Assembly (NCBI GenBank): GCA_903854475.1
Contig: CAINWP010000235.1
Location: forward strand, 649-64,648
Length of the DNA stretch: 64,000 bases
Source: an uncultured Verrucomicrobiota bacterium
Lineage (GTDB): Bacteria; Verrucomicrobiota; Verrucomicrobiia; Limisphaerales; UBA9464
Direction: 5' to 3'
Positions 47,417 through 56,348 of the stretch are shown here, one piece after another (positions within the stretch are counted from its first letter, which is position 1; each line of letters begins with the position of its first letter). Below the pieces are notes generated by a model. The model worked only from the letters and a program-made list of their open reading frames with translations, ran no database searches and was not told where the DNA came from. The translations under genes were made by a program, and so were the position numbers.

Positions 47417-48391
47417 ATGAGGCGGTGCGACGATCCAACTCTGAGCATGGCCCAACCACCCACCACCGATGATGCTCCGCGTCGCTCAAGCCTCTACGAA
47501 GCCCGCGTGATGCATCATCGCCTGGAGCCCCGCACGCACCATTTCAACTACGGGATCTTCCTCGCCTGCCTCGACCTCGACGAATTGGATGTCCTCGATT
47601 CTCGCCTGCGTTTGTTTAGCCGCAACCGGCGCAACTGGTTGGAGTTCCGCGATTCCGACCATCTTCCCAGTGCGGAGGTTTCCGGACCCAAAAACCCAGC
47701 AAATGAGCGTTCGAAGCCCAACATCAAACACGCCCTCCAGGCTTGGCTCAAGCAACAGGGAGTGAGCCTCGCGGACAATGACCGCGTCCTGCTGCTAACC
47801 CTGCCCCGGATCGCTGGCTACGTGTTCAACCCAGTCAGCTTCTATTTTTGCACCAAGGCCTCGGGCGAAGCGCTCTGCGCCGTGGCCGAGGTGGGCAACA
47901 CTTTTGGCGAATTGAAACCTTACCTGGTGCCTCTTTATGCCACTCGAGACGGTCAAGGCAGTCCTGGATTCCGCTGCGTGGTGCCCAAGCATTACTACGT
48001 CTCGCCCTTTACACCTCTGGATGTCTGCTTCGACTTCCAGCTCCAGACTCCAGGAGTCCGCCTGCACATCGCCGTCAACGACGTGAGCGAGGGCCGTAAC
48101 CTGCTGCTCACCACCTTGACGGGATCCCAGCGACCGATCACCGACCGAGAAATTCTCCGCTTGAGCCTCCGCTACCCGCTGGTGACTCTAAAGGTGATTA
48201 GTGCGATTCACTGGCAGGCCCTCCGACTCTGGTTGAAAAGGGTTCCTTGGTACGCCAAGTCCCAGGGTACCCACTTGCAACGTGGGGTTTTCCGGGCCCA
48301 CTCGTCGATTGCACAAGCGCAGGCGCAGGCGCAGGCGCAGGCCGATTCTGGTTCCGGATCCGGACCCAACCCATCGACCGATCCAAGATAA
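47417..48391 (+). CDS. DUF1365-family protein
   Basis: SLYEARVMHHRLEPRTHHFNYGIFLACLDLDELD is the typical DUF1365 N-terminus as I remember it. The C-terminal low-complexity tail is AQAQAQAQAQADSGSGSG. An alternative start is the ATG at 47447. Confidence 0.8.
   Translation: MRRCDDPTLSMAQPPTTDDAPRRSSLYEARVMHHRLEPRTHHFNYGIFLACLDLDELDVLDSRLRLFSRNRRNWLEFRDSDHLPSAEVSGPKNPANERSKPNIKHALQAWLKQQGVSLADNDRVLLLTLPRIAGYVFNPVSFYFCTKASGEALCAVAEVGNTFGELKPYLVPLYATRDGQGSPGFRCVVPKHYYVSPFTPLDVCFDFQLQTPGVRLHIAVNDVSEGRNLLLTTLTGSQRPITDREILRLSLRYPLVTLKVISAIHWQALRLWLKRVPWYAKSQGTHLQRGVFRAHSSIAQAQAQAQAQADSGSGSGPNPSTDPR
48311..48342 (+). repeat. In-frame hexanucleotide microsatellite (GCRCAR)x5 encoding (AQ)n
   Basis: GCACAA is followed by four perfect GCGCAG units (48317-48340), then GATTCTGGTTCCGGATCCGGA (DSGSGSG). 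Confidence 0.9.
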
Positions 48392-48473
48392 CGCAAATCC
48401 TAAGGGGCATACCGCAAATCCTGCGGTTGTAGTCCTGGCAATTCAGTCCAAAATCAGAAGGTAGATTTTCACC

Positions 48474-49811
48474 ATGAGCCGCACCCATCCCGAGTCGATC
48501 CTTCCAACGATTGCCACCGCGTCCGGCGGAACCCCCTCCGGCGGTGTTTCGGCGGCGGCCCTTAGCCCGACGACCACACCGCCCCGGTGGGTGGAGTCCT
48601 TCGCTCAGAATTTGGTCACTTCGCTTTTCCAGCCCATGTCCGAGGGTCACCTGCGGATAGTGTGCCCGGATGGATCGACCCGCGAATTTGGAACTCCCGG
48701 CCAGACTCCGTCCGCAGAAATTCAACTGCGGCGTTGGCGTTTTTTCACCCGCTGCGCCATTGGAGGTGACATAGGCTTCGGTGAGTCCTATCAGGATGGG
48801 GACTGGGAGACGCCCGATTTGGCCGCAGTGATCGCTTGGTTCTGCGCCAATGTTGAGCAGGCCCCCTCGATGTCGGGCTCAGCCCAGAAGCGACTGCGCT
48901 TCACGCTCCTGAATGCCGTCAATCACTTGCGGCACCTCTTCAACCGCAACTCCCTCACGGGTTCGCGCTCCAACATTGCGGCCCACTACGATCTCGGGAA
49001 TGCGTTCTACTCGCAGTGGCTCGACGCCACCATGACCTACTCGGCAGCCTTGTTCGAATCGCCCGATCAATCCTTGGAGGCCGCCCAAACCGCCAAGTAC
49101 GAGCGGTTGGCAAAAGAACTGAGGCTCAAGGCGGGGGATCATTTGCTGGAAATCGGCTCCGGGTGGGGCGGAATGGCCAGCCATGCGGTGCACCGTCACG
49201 GGGTCCGGGTCACCACAATCACATTGTCCGAGGCGCAAGCCGCCTACTGTCGGGAACGCTTTGAGAGAGAGGGGATCGCAGACCGGGCAGAAGTGAAGGT
49301 CATCGACTATCGTTTACTGACCGGTCAATTCGACAAGATCGTCAGCATCGAGATGATGGAGGCCATCGGCGATCAGTACCTCGAGACCTACTGCCAAAGC
49401 GTCCAACGGCTGCTCAAGCTCAACGGAATTTTTGCCGCCCAATTCATCACCTATCCTGACTCGCGCCATGCCGAGTTGCGCCGCAGCGTCGACTGGATCC
49501 AGAAGCACATTTTTCCAGGCTCCCTCTTGCTCTCGCTCAACCGCGTGAACCAATCGATGCAGCGGACCGGGAGTCTCCACCTGCACAGTCTGCACGACAT
49601 GGGCCTCGATTATGGTCGCACGCTGCGCCAATGGCGCGGGCGCTTCAACCAAGGCCTCCACGAAGTGCGCGCTCAGGGTTTCGATGATCATTTCATCCGC
49701 ACCTGGAACTACTATCTGGCCTACTGCGAGTCGGCTTTTCTCTGGCGGAATATTACCGTGGTGCAGGCCACCTGGACGGCCCCCAATAATCGTAACCTAA
49801 TGTCGGCGTGA
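48474..49811 (+). CDS. cfa: Cyclopropane-fatty-acyl-phospholipid synthase-family SAM methyltransferase
   Basis: IAAHYDLGNAFYSQWLD, the SAM motif LLEIGSGWGGMA, and IEMMEAIG. 445 aa. Confidence 0.88.
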   Translation: MSRTHPESILPTIATASGGTPSGGVSAAALSPTTTPPRWVESFAQNLVTSLFQPMSEGHLRIVCPDGSTREFGTPGQTPSAEIQLRRWRFFTRCAIGGDIGFGESYQDGDWETPDLAAVIAWFCANVEQAPSMSGSAQKRLRFTLLNAVNHLRHLFNRNSLTGSRSNIAAHYDLGNAFYSQWLDATMTYSAALFESPDQSLEAAQTAKYERLAKELRLKAGDHLLEIGSGWGGMASHAVHRHGVRVTTITLSEAQAAYCRERFEREGIADRAEVKVIDYRLLTGQFDKIVSIEMMEAIGDQYLETYCQSVQRLLKLNGIFAAQFITYPDSRHAELRRSVDWIQKHIFPGSLLLSLNRVNQSMQRTGSLHLHSLHDMGLDYGRTLRQWRGRFNQGLHEVRAQGFDDHFIRTWNYYLAYCESAFLWRNITVVQATWTAPNNRNLMSA

Positions 49812-49830
49812 GTCAGGAAGGGCTCACCGC

Positions 49831-50682
49831 ATGAACCTACCCACCCCACTGACTCTCATCCTTCTCGGATTGGCGTTTGTGGTGGCAGAGATGCTGTTGA
49901 CCTTCCGAGTCGCCCGTCGTCTTCGGAACTTCGGGATTGTGGACATCGTGTGGTCCGCGGGTTTCACCCCATTGGCACTCCTCTACCTGCTGGCTACGGC
50001 GTGGCAGGAAAACTCGGCGCCCGCCGGAGGGAGCGAGTGGCGTGAGGCACTCATTTCCCGACTGCCCCTGACCCTGATGGTCACCCTCTGGAGCCTGCGC
50101 CTCGGCCTGCACCTCCTCATCCGAGTCCGGGCACACCATCCGGTGGAAGATGTTCGCTACGCCCAACTTCGGAAGGAATGGGGAGCACAAACCGACCAAA
50201 AAATGCTCGGTTTCTTTCTGCTTCAAGGTGGCCTGCAAGTGGTCCTCTCGACGCCTTGGCTCATCAGCAGCCTTCGACCGCCCACCGCGTTAACTGGATG
50301 GGTCGGCGGTTGCTTGTGGCTTGGCCTCCTGCTCTGGGCCGTGGGCATTTTGGGTGAATCCCTAGCAGACCGCCAATTAGCCCGCTTCCGTGCCGATCCC
50401 GCTCGTCGCGGGCAAGTCTGCCAGGAGGGATTGTGGCAGTACTCCCGTCATCCCAACTACTTCTGCGAATGGCTTGTCTGGCTGGGCTATGGCGTCTATG
50501 CACTGGCCAGTCCCTGGGGCTGGATCGGACTCCTGGCACCAGCGCTAATGTATCACTTCCTGGTGAACGTCACCGGCGTCCCCATGACCGAGGCATTGTC
50601 GGTGAAGTCCAAGGGTGAGGCCTACCGTCGATATCAGCAGACCACCAACGCCTTTTTCCCAGGACCGCCCCGCCGCGGATGA
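49831..50682 (+). CDS. DUF1295 membrane protein (steroid-reductase / ICMT-like fold)
   Basis: It has multiple TM helices and the motif GLWQYSRHPNYFCEWLVWLGY. Confidence 0.85.
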   Translation: MNLPTPLTLILLGLAFVVAEMLLTFRVARRLRNFGIVDIVWSAGFTPLALLYLLATAWQENSAPAGGSEWREALISRLPLTLMVTLWSLRLGLHLLIRVRAHHPVEDVRYAQLRKEWGAQTDQKMLGFFLLQGGLQVVLSTPWLISSLRPPTALTGWVGGCLWLGLLLWAVGILGESLADRQLARFRADPARRGQVCQEGLWQYSRHPNYFCEWLVWLGYGVYALASPWGWIGLLAPALMYHFLVNVTGVPMTEALSVKSKGEAYRRYQQTTNAFFPGPPRRG

Positions 50683-50811
50683 CCTCCGTCTGCCACCTCT
50701 TTGGAAGAACCCGCCACCCGAAGAGGACAGCACGTAGTGTGAAACCAATGCTCTGCCCCATTGACGACCGTCCCCACGGGCCGAAGCTTTGGGCTTACCT
50801 ACAGCGCGACC

Positions 50812-52161
50812 ATGAGCACCGTCACCATTGCCCCGCCGCCCACAACCTCGGGACCGCCCCTGCAGCGGGAGACCACCGCCGGGAATTACTTCGTTGCCAA
50901 TTATCCCCCGTTTGCCTTTTGGAATGCTGAGGCCGTCCCGGTCTTCCATCAGGCACTCGATCAGGCACCTCAACCCGGAGTACCGCTGGGTCTCTACGTC
51001 CACATTCCCTTCTGCCGGAAGCGGTGTCACTTCTGTTACTTCCGCGTCTACACCGACAAGAACGCCGATGACATCAAGACCTACCTGGATGCCCTGCTCA
51101 AAGACCTCGCTTCCTATGCTCCCAAGGCAGTAATCGGCAGGCGAAAACCCCGCTTCATCTACTTCGGTGGAGGTACTCCGAGCTACTTGTCTCCGGACCA
51201 ACTCCGCTATCTGACCGAAGGCATGAAGCGATTGCTTCCTTGGGATGAGGCGACAGAAATCACCTTCGAGGCCGAACCCGGAACGCTCACCGACCACAAG
51301 CTCCGGGCCATCCGAGAAATGGGCGTCACTCGACTGAGTCTGGGCATCGAGCATTTCGACGACGCCATTCTGGAGATCAACGGTCGGGCTCATCGCTCCA
51401 AAGAAATCGAGAGGGCCTACGGCTATGCCCGAGAAATTGGTTTCCCCCAAATCAATATCGACCTCATCGCTGGCATGGTGGAGGAGACCCCAGAGAAGTG
51501 GCAGGAAACCGTCGCCAAGGCAGTGGCCATGGAACCCGACTCTGTGACCATCTACCAGATGGAGGTGCCCTACAACACGGGCATTTACCGGCAAATGAAG
51601 GCTGAGGGGAAGCTAGTGGCACCCGTGGCCGACTGGGACACCAAACGGCGTTGGGTAGACGAGGCGTTCAGAGCCTTCGAGGCGCACGGTTACACCGTGA
51701 CCAGCACTACGACCGTCGTCAAAGATCCCGCGCGGGTGAAGTTCGAGTACAGACACGGGCTCTTCAGTGGAGCCGACCTCCTGAGCATCGGTGTGGCGAG
51801 CTTTGGGCACCTCAACCGGATGCACTATCAGAACCACCACGACTTCCAACCGTACGTCGATTCGGTCACTGCAGGGCAGTTTCCCACCCATCGCGCCTAT
51901 GTCCTTCCGGACGACGAGCGCTACCTGCGTGAGTTCATTCTCCAACTAAAACTGGGCCGCGTCAGCACCGATGCCTTCACCGAGAAATTCGGCGAAGATC
52001 CCCGGACTCGATTCGCTGTCCCCTTGGCGACGCTCAAGGCTTGGGATTTCTTGGTGGATTCGGCTACACACCTAGAATTGACCCGCGATGGGTTGCTGCA
52101 AGTCGATCGTCTGCTCCAAGAATTCTTTAAGCCCGAGCACCGCACTGGCCGCTATGCCTGA
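50812..52161 (+). CDS. HemN-family radical SAM protein (coproporphyrinogen-III oxidase-like)
   Basis: LYVHIPFCRKRCHFCYF is the CxxxCxxC motif. Also present are the FGGGTPS motif and a HemN_C-like C-terminus. The ATG is at 50812 (track TTG at 50761). The stop overlaps the moaC start. Confidence 0.88.
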   Translation: MSTVTIAPPPTTSGPPLQRETTAGNYFVANYPPFAFWNAEAVPVFHQALDQAPQPGVPLGLYVHIPFCRKRCHFCYFRVYTDKNADDIKTYLDALLKDLASYAPKAVIGRRKPRFIYFGGGTPSYLSPDQLRYLTEGMKRLLPWDEATEITFEAEPGTLTDHKLRAIREMGVTRLSLGIEHFDDAILEINGRAHRSKEIERAYGYAREIGFPQINIDLIAGMVEETPEKWQETVAKAVAMEPDSVTIYQMEVPYNTGIYRQMKAEGKLVAPVADWDTKRRWVDEAFRAFEAHGYTVTSTTTVVKDPARVKFEYRHGLFSGADLLSIGVASFGHLNRMHYQNHHDFQPYVDSVTAGQFPTHRAYVLPDDERYLREFILQLKLGRVSTDAFTEKFGEDPRTRFAVPLATLKAWDFLVDSATHLELTRDGLLQVDRLLQEFFKPEHRTGRYA

Positions 52162-52672
52162 GTACGATTCCACGATCACCCCATCGACTCCACCGACCAA
52201 CACGGGTGCGCGCCTGAGCCATCTGGACGAGCGGGGCGAGGCTCGCATGGTGGATGTCTCGGCCAAGCCCGCCCTGTTCCGGGAAGCAGTGGCCAGCGGG
52301 GAGATTCGCGTGTCTTCCACCACGCTCGACTTAATGGAGGCCGACCGCATGGCCAAGGGCAATGTCTTGGCGACGGCCCGCATCGCCGGGATACAAGCGG
52401 CCAAACGCACCGGAGAATTAATCCCGCTGTGTCATCCCTTGCCCATTTCTCATTGTGAGATTCACTTTGAAATACCCGAAACGCGGGATCAGATCCGGAT
52501 CACCGCATCGGCCCGGATCACGGCAGCTACGGGTGTCGAAATGGAAGCTCTGACTGCAGTATCCGTTGCCGCCCTGACCGTCTACGACATGTGCAAGGCG
52601 GTGGACAAGAGCATGGTCATCGGCGACATCCGCCTGCTCAGAAAAACCAAGTCTGCGCCCCTGACGACCTGA
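52154..52672 (+). CDS. moaC: Cyclic pyranopterin monophosphate synthase
   Basis: LSHLDERGEARMVDVSAK...KGNVLATARIAGIQAAKRTGELIPLCHPL...GVEMEALTAVSVAALTVYDMCKAVDK. The ATG at 52154 overlaps the HemN-like stop (ATGCCTGA). Confidence 0.93.
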   Translation: MPEYDSTITPSTPPTNTGARLSHLDERGEARMVDVSAKPALFREAVASGEIRVSSTTLDLMEADRMAKGNVLATARIAGIQAAKRTGELIPLCHPLPISHCEIHFEIPETRDQIRITASARITAATGVEMEALTAVSVAALTVYDMCKAVDKSMVIGDIRLLRKTKSAPLTT

Positions 52673-53080
52673 TTTCCGCCCGCTGAAATTCTAAGCAATC
52701 CTGTCGCGGAATGTGGGCACTTTCCAGACAGAGCCTCCCAGACAGAGAATCAGAGAGAAAACGTGGCCAGAACCCATTGAGCAACCATCGTAGCGAGACG
52801 CCTTCAAGTGAAGCCCTGAACGCTCCCATTGGGCCCATATTGGCCTTCCAGATCGCATGGGTCGCTATATTTAAGCAATCGGGTCCATCCCTTCGGAACT
52901 GTAGATCGGACGCTTTCTCTTTTTTGGCTGACAACCGTTTTGGCCCTACCATTTCAGCCCTCAAGGCACCTTGCTGAGCCGGATTGGTGTCAGTCGTGAG
53001 CAAACGTTGAAGGCGTTGCAGAGATTCTTTTGCTGAGCGAGGATCGAGCCCTGCTGAGGCCCCTAATTTAGGTGCGTCAT

Positions 53081-53116
53081 TTTAGACCCGTGAAAAAGTT
53101 TAGGCCCGTGAAGAAG
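53081..53116. repeat. Tandem 18-nt direct repeat
   Basis: TTTAGACCCGTGAAAAAG (53081-53098) is followed directly by TTTAGGCCCGTGAAGAAG (53099-53116), with 16 of 18 identical. It lies in a non-coding, lower-GC stretch. Confidence 0.85.
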
Positions 53117-53211
53117 CGAACAGCGACGCTCTTTCAGAAGATGACGCGAGCCAAGCATCATCGGCCGTACTCAGTCGTCCTGACTTAGTCCAAGGAGTGC
53201 CCTGGCCGGCA

Positions 53212-53254
53212 TTAAAAAAGTCTGACGAGATGATTAATCGATCTCGTCAGACTT
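53212..53254 (-). terminator. Rho-independent terminator of the 53343..53954 gene
   Basis: AAGTCTGACGAGAT (53218-53231) is the perfect reverse complement of ATCTCGTCAGACTT (53241-53254), giving a 14-bp stem and a 9-nt loop. On the minus strand it is followed by a TTTTTTA run (complement of 53213-53219). Confidence 0.8.
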
Positions 53255-53342
53255 GACAGAAACGCTTCGTCTCGGATTGAGAACGTGTTGGATCAACAAA
53301 GATCAGTCAACCAACGATGATCAAACCGCGAACCGTCTTGGA

Positions 53343-53954
53343 TTACGGGCGATTCGCATCTGCACCGGCGTAGGCGCTGATCTTCGCGGGAGGGGGAGCG
53401 GGGTTACCCTTGACATCAACCACCGGGGTCGTGGCCACAGACTCACTGCCCTTGATCACGATCGTAGCACCCTTGGCGGTGACAGAGGACTTGGTGGCCC
53501 GACGAGCCTTGGCCAAGGCGACTTCGCCACGGATTTCTGATTTCTGGGCGGGAACGAGGCGATCCGCCGTCGCCAGAATCACAGCGTCCTGACCTTCGGT
53601 GGCAAAAGTAGCGGCGGCAACAACAGTGCGGGCCATCTGAGGAGCGACCTCGAGGCAGGCGGCGACGACGGCTTCGGTGGCTTCAGGAGCCTTGCGAAGG
53701 ATGGCACCCACAACGGTGGACAGAGCCGTCGGATGATTCTTAGCAACGGCAACCACAGCGGCCTTAGCGGTCTCGATGCGGTCAGCCTTGTCAGCGGCAA
53801 TCACCAACTTGGCGGCGACCAAAGGCATATCAATGACCTTTGAAGCCAAAATCTTCTGGGTCAGCGCCTGCGACTCGGTGGAAGTGAGAGCGAAAGCCGA
53901 ATTGACGATCAGCGAAGCAGCGGTGATCAGAACAGATTTTTTCAGGAGATTCAT
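53343..53954 (-). CDS. Orphan secreted alanine/valine-rich hypothetical protein
   Basis: The ATG at 53954 gives a clean signal peptide, MNLLKKSVLITAASLIVNSAFA. The mature part is helical and Ala-rich with a repeat-like character (AAKLVIAADKADRIETAKAAVVAVAKNHP..., EATEAVVAACLEVAPQMARTVVAAA). The C-terminus is Pro-rich. I recognise no family. By eye it has more T-ending codons than its neighbours. Confidence 0.6.
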   Translation of the reverse strand: MNLLKKSVLITAASLIVNSAFALTSTESQALTQKILASKVIDMPLVAAKLVIAADKADRIETAKAAVVAVAKNHPTALSTVVGAILRKAPEATEAVVAACLEVAPQMARTVVAAATFATEGQDAVILATADRLVPAQKSEIRGEVALAKARRATKSSVTAKGATIVIKGSESVATTPVVDVKGNPAPPPAKISAYAGADANRP

Positions 53955-54057
53955 ATACAGGCTCAATGTCTAACTTTGTGGTACGAATAAAACGAAGGAT
54001 AGAACCCACGTCAACGCTTTAACCAAAAAAGTTTTCCACAACGGTGAACCGGTTTGT

Positions 54058-55368
54058 TCATGCCGCTTGACGTTGCTCCCGACGTTGAATCACCGGAGGC
54101 ATCTCACGGCGGACCACCGCTCGATTGATCTCGACACCCACCACGTCATCGCTGTCCGGCAATTCAAACATCAGGTCGCGGAAAAGCTCCTCGGTCAGGG
54201 CCCGAAGCGCACGAGCACCGGTCTTCTTTCGAGATGCCATGCTGGCCAACTCCGCGACGGCATCGTCGGTAAAACACAACTCAACTCCATCCAGGGACAA
54301 CAGCTTGGCAAATTGACGGGTCAGTGCATTGCGCGGACGGGTCAGCACCTCAGCCATTTGTTGCTCGGTCAACTCATCCAGAGCGGTCACCACCGGCAAA
54401 CGGCCGATGAACTCTGGGATGAAGCCAAAGCCCATGAGGTCTTCCGGCTCCACTCGGTGCATTAGGGGTTGGTCTGCCTGCGCCCAACCCGACTGGGTGG
54501 AAGAGGTCCCATCGCGGATTTCTACACCGAAACCAATGGATCGCCGTCCCAGACGCCTCTCAATGATTCGGTCCATCCCGACGAACGCTCCGCCGCAGAT
54601 GAAAAGGATCTGGGTGGTGTCGATCCGGATGTATTCCTGCTGGGGATGCTTGCGCCCTCCCTGTGGAGGAACATTGCAAACGGTTCCTTCCAGAATCTTC
54701 AGCAATCCTTGCTGCACACCCTCACCGGAAACGTCGCGGGTGATGGACACGTTCTCGGTCTTGCGGGCGATCTTGTCGATCTCATCAATGTAGACGATGC
54801 CCATCTGGGCCCGACGAACATCGAAATCGGCCGCCTGAAGCAGGCGCAGGATGATGTTTTCAACATCCTCACCGACATAGCCGGCCTCGGTGATGACGGT
54901 GGCATCGGCGATGGCAAAGGGAACGTCGAGCACCTTGGCCAGCGTTTTGGCCAATAGCGTCTTACCGCAACCGGTTGGCCCCAGCAGCAGGATGTTGCTC
55001 TTTTCAATCTCTACTGCACCTGAGTCATCGGGTGTCGCGGACGTAGTCTCACCACCGGCCGCGGACCGAGCTGCCGCCGTGACCCGCTTATAGTGATTGT
55101 ACACCGCAACGCTGAGGGTTCGCTTGGCACGGTCTTGTCCAATGACATGCTGGTCCAACTGCCGCTTAATCTCTGAGGGTTTCGGGATCCGAAGAGTAGG
55201 CGCCGATTGCTTTTCATTCTCGGAACGGGACTCCTTCTCGAGCACCCCGCTGCAGACGCCGACACAGGCATCGCAGATGTACACGCCAGGGCCCGCGATC
55301 AGCCGTTTTACCTCGGCTTTCGATTTGCCACAGAAACTGCACATCGTGATCTGGGTTGCGCGTGCCAT
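54058..55368 (-). CDS. clpX: ATP-dependent Clp protease ATP-binding subunit ClpX
   Basis: The zinc finger is [27 protein letters not shown]. Walker A is [15 protein letters not shown]. Also present are [10 protein letters not shown] and the IGF-type loop GFG. Confidence 0.97.
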   Translation of the reverse strand: MARATQITMCSFCGKSKAEVKRLIAGPGVYICDACVGVCSGVLEKESRSENEKQSAPTLRIPKPSEIKRQLDQHVIGQDRAKRTLSVAVYNHYKRVTAAARSAAGGETTSATPDDSGAVEIEKSNILLLGPTGCGKTLLAKTLAKVLDVPFAIADATVITEAGYVGEDVENIILRLLQAADFDVRRAQMGIVYIDEIDKIARKTENVSITRDVSGEGVQQGLLKILEGTVCNVPPQGGRKHPQQEYIRIDTTQILFICGGAFVGMDRIIERRLGRRSIGFGVEIRDGTSSTQSGWAQADQPLMHRVEPEDLMGFGFIPEFIGRLPVVTALDELTEQQMAEVLTRPRNALTRQFAKLLSLDGVELCFTDDAVAELASMASRKKTGARALRALTEELFRDLMFELPDSDDVVGVEINRAVVRREMPPVIQRREQRQAA

Positions 55369-55502
55369 GAGGCTTAAAGATCGGGTCTCGGATGAATACT
55401 GCCAATGAATTCCTGCTAAATGCGCAACCCGGATGCCGTGCCCGGTGAACCAACCCGATACGGGTCTTGGATCCGACCGAGGGCACGGCCCCGGAGATTC
55501 GA

Positions 55503-56147
55503 TCAGGCCTTAGGATCGGGGGTGATGGGATCGGGAGTGATCAAGGTCGGCACTTCCTTACGGCTGCTGACCACCTCATCAACGAGACCGAACTGACGAG
55601 CCTCCTCGGACGACATGAAATTGTCGCGGTCGCAAGCGCGCTCCACCGCCTCGTAGGGCTGACCCGTGTGCTTGGAGAGGATGGTGTTCAGGCGTTCCTT
55701 GAGCTTCAGCATGAACTTGACGCGAATCTCCACGTCGCTGGCCTGACCTTCTGCGCCTCCGAGCACTTGGTGGATCATGATGTTGGCGTTGGGCAGCGCG
55801 AACCGTTTGCCCTTCGTGCCACCGGCTAGTAGAACGGCTCCCATGCTCGCGGCCTGACCGATGCAGTAGGTGTTCACGTCACAGGTCAGCCATTGCATCG
55901 TGTCATAAATAGCAAGACCCGCGGTGACGCTACCGCCGGGGGAGTTGATGTAGAAGTGGATGTCCTTCTTGGGATCGGTCATCTGAAGGAAGAGGAATTG
56001 AGCCACGATGACGTTGGCGACCATGTCATCGACCGGCGTTCCCAGGAAAATGATCCGGTCCACCAAGAGGCGGCTGTACAGATCGTAGCCCTTTTCACCG
56101 CGGCCCGTCTGCTCGATGACGTACGGAATATTTACAAAATTGCGCAT
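55503..56147 (-). CDS. clpP: ATP-dependent Clp protease proteolytic subunit ClpP
   Basis: [16 protein letters not shown] and [19 protein letters not shown] are present. The catalytic Ser is in GQAASMGA and the catalytic His in IMIHQVLGG. Confidence 0.97.
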   Translation of the reverse strand: MRNFVNIPYVIEQTGRGEKGYDLYSRLLVDRIIFLGTPVDDMVANVIVAQFLFLQMTDPKKDIHFYINSPGGSVTAGLAIYDTMQWLTCDVNTYCIGQAASMGAVLLAGGTKGKRFALPNANIMIHQVLGGAEGQASDVEIRVKFMLKLKERLNTILSKHTGQPYEAVERACDRDNFMSSEEARQFGLVDEVVSSRKEVPTLITPDPITPDPKA

Positions 56148-56348
56148 GGTTAGTCTTTCAGCTTCCGAGGCTAAGGTTGACCCCGGAGAGCGTCAAGGAA
56201 CCGGGCCCTCCGTATCGCTGCGCTCACCCGAAACCTTTGAGATCGACCCGCAGATGCCTCTGACCACACTGTACTCATAGTTGTCAGTGGTGCTCTGAAT
56301 CAGGAACAGCGCCGAACCCAAACCCTGAGCGGACCCATCCTCCATGGA

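Noticed and set aside
47400-47427. A 9-bp-stem hairpin (CACCGCCTC / GAGGCGGTG) covering the first ATG of the DUF1365 gene. It could be a translational control element.
   Set aside because: The stem length is within chance expectation once all loop sizes are allowed. The alternative ATG at 47447 makes any functional reading ambiguous.
52673-53060. Possible RNase P RNA or tmRNA in the long spacer. On the minus strand it contains CTGGAAAGTGCCC and GGGCTGAAATGGTAGGGCC, which resemble RNase P P4 and J11/12 strings.
   Set aside because: The two strings occur in the wrong 5'-to-3' order for RNase P. There is no ACAGAAxxCGGCTTA-like 3' P4 strand. There is no tRNA-like GGTTCGA...CCA end and no tag reading frame for tmRNA.
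53063-53161. A 32-codon minus-strand ORF (MMLGSRHLLKERRCSLLHGPKLFHGSKMTHLN) that spans the tandem 18-mer.
   Set aside because: There is no convincing ribosome-binding site or promoter. It lies just downstream of a strong terminator. It is too short to evaluate, and the repeated HG(P/S)K is simply a consequence of the DNA repeat.
55435-55489. Nested inverted repeats (GCCGTGCCC ... GGGCACGGC, with an inner ACCCG-ATA-CGGGT) in the clpP-clpX spacer. They could be an attenuator.
   Set aside because: 9-bp arms separated by a 37-nt loop are at chance level in GC-rich DNA. There is no U-tract.
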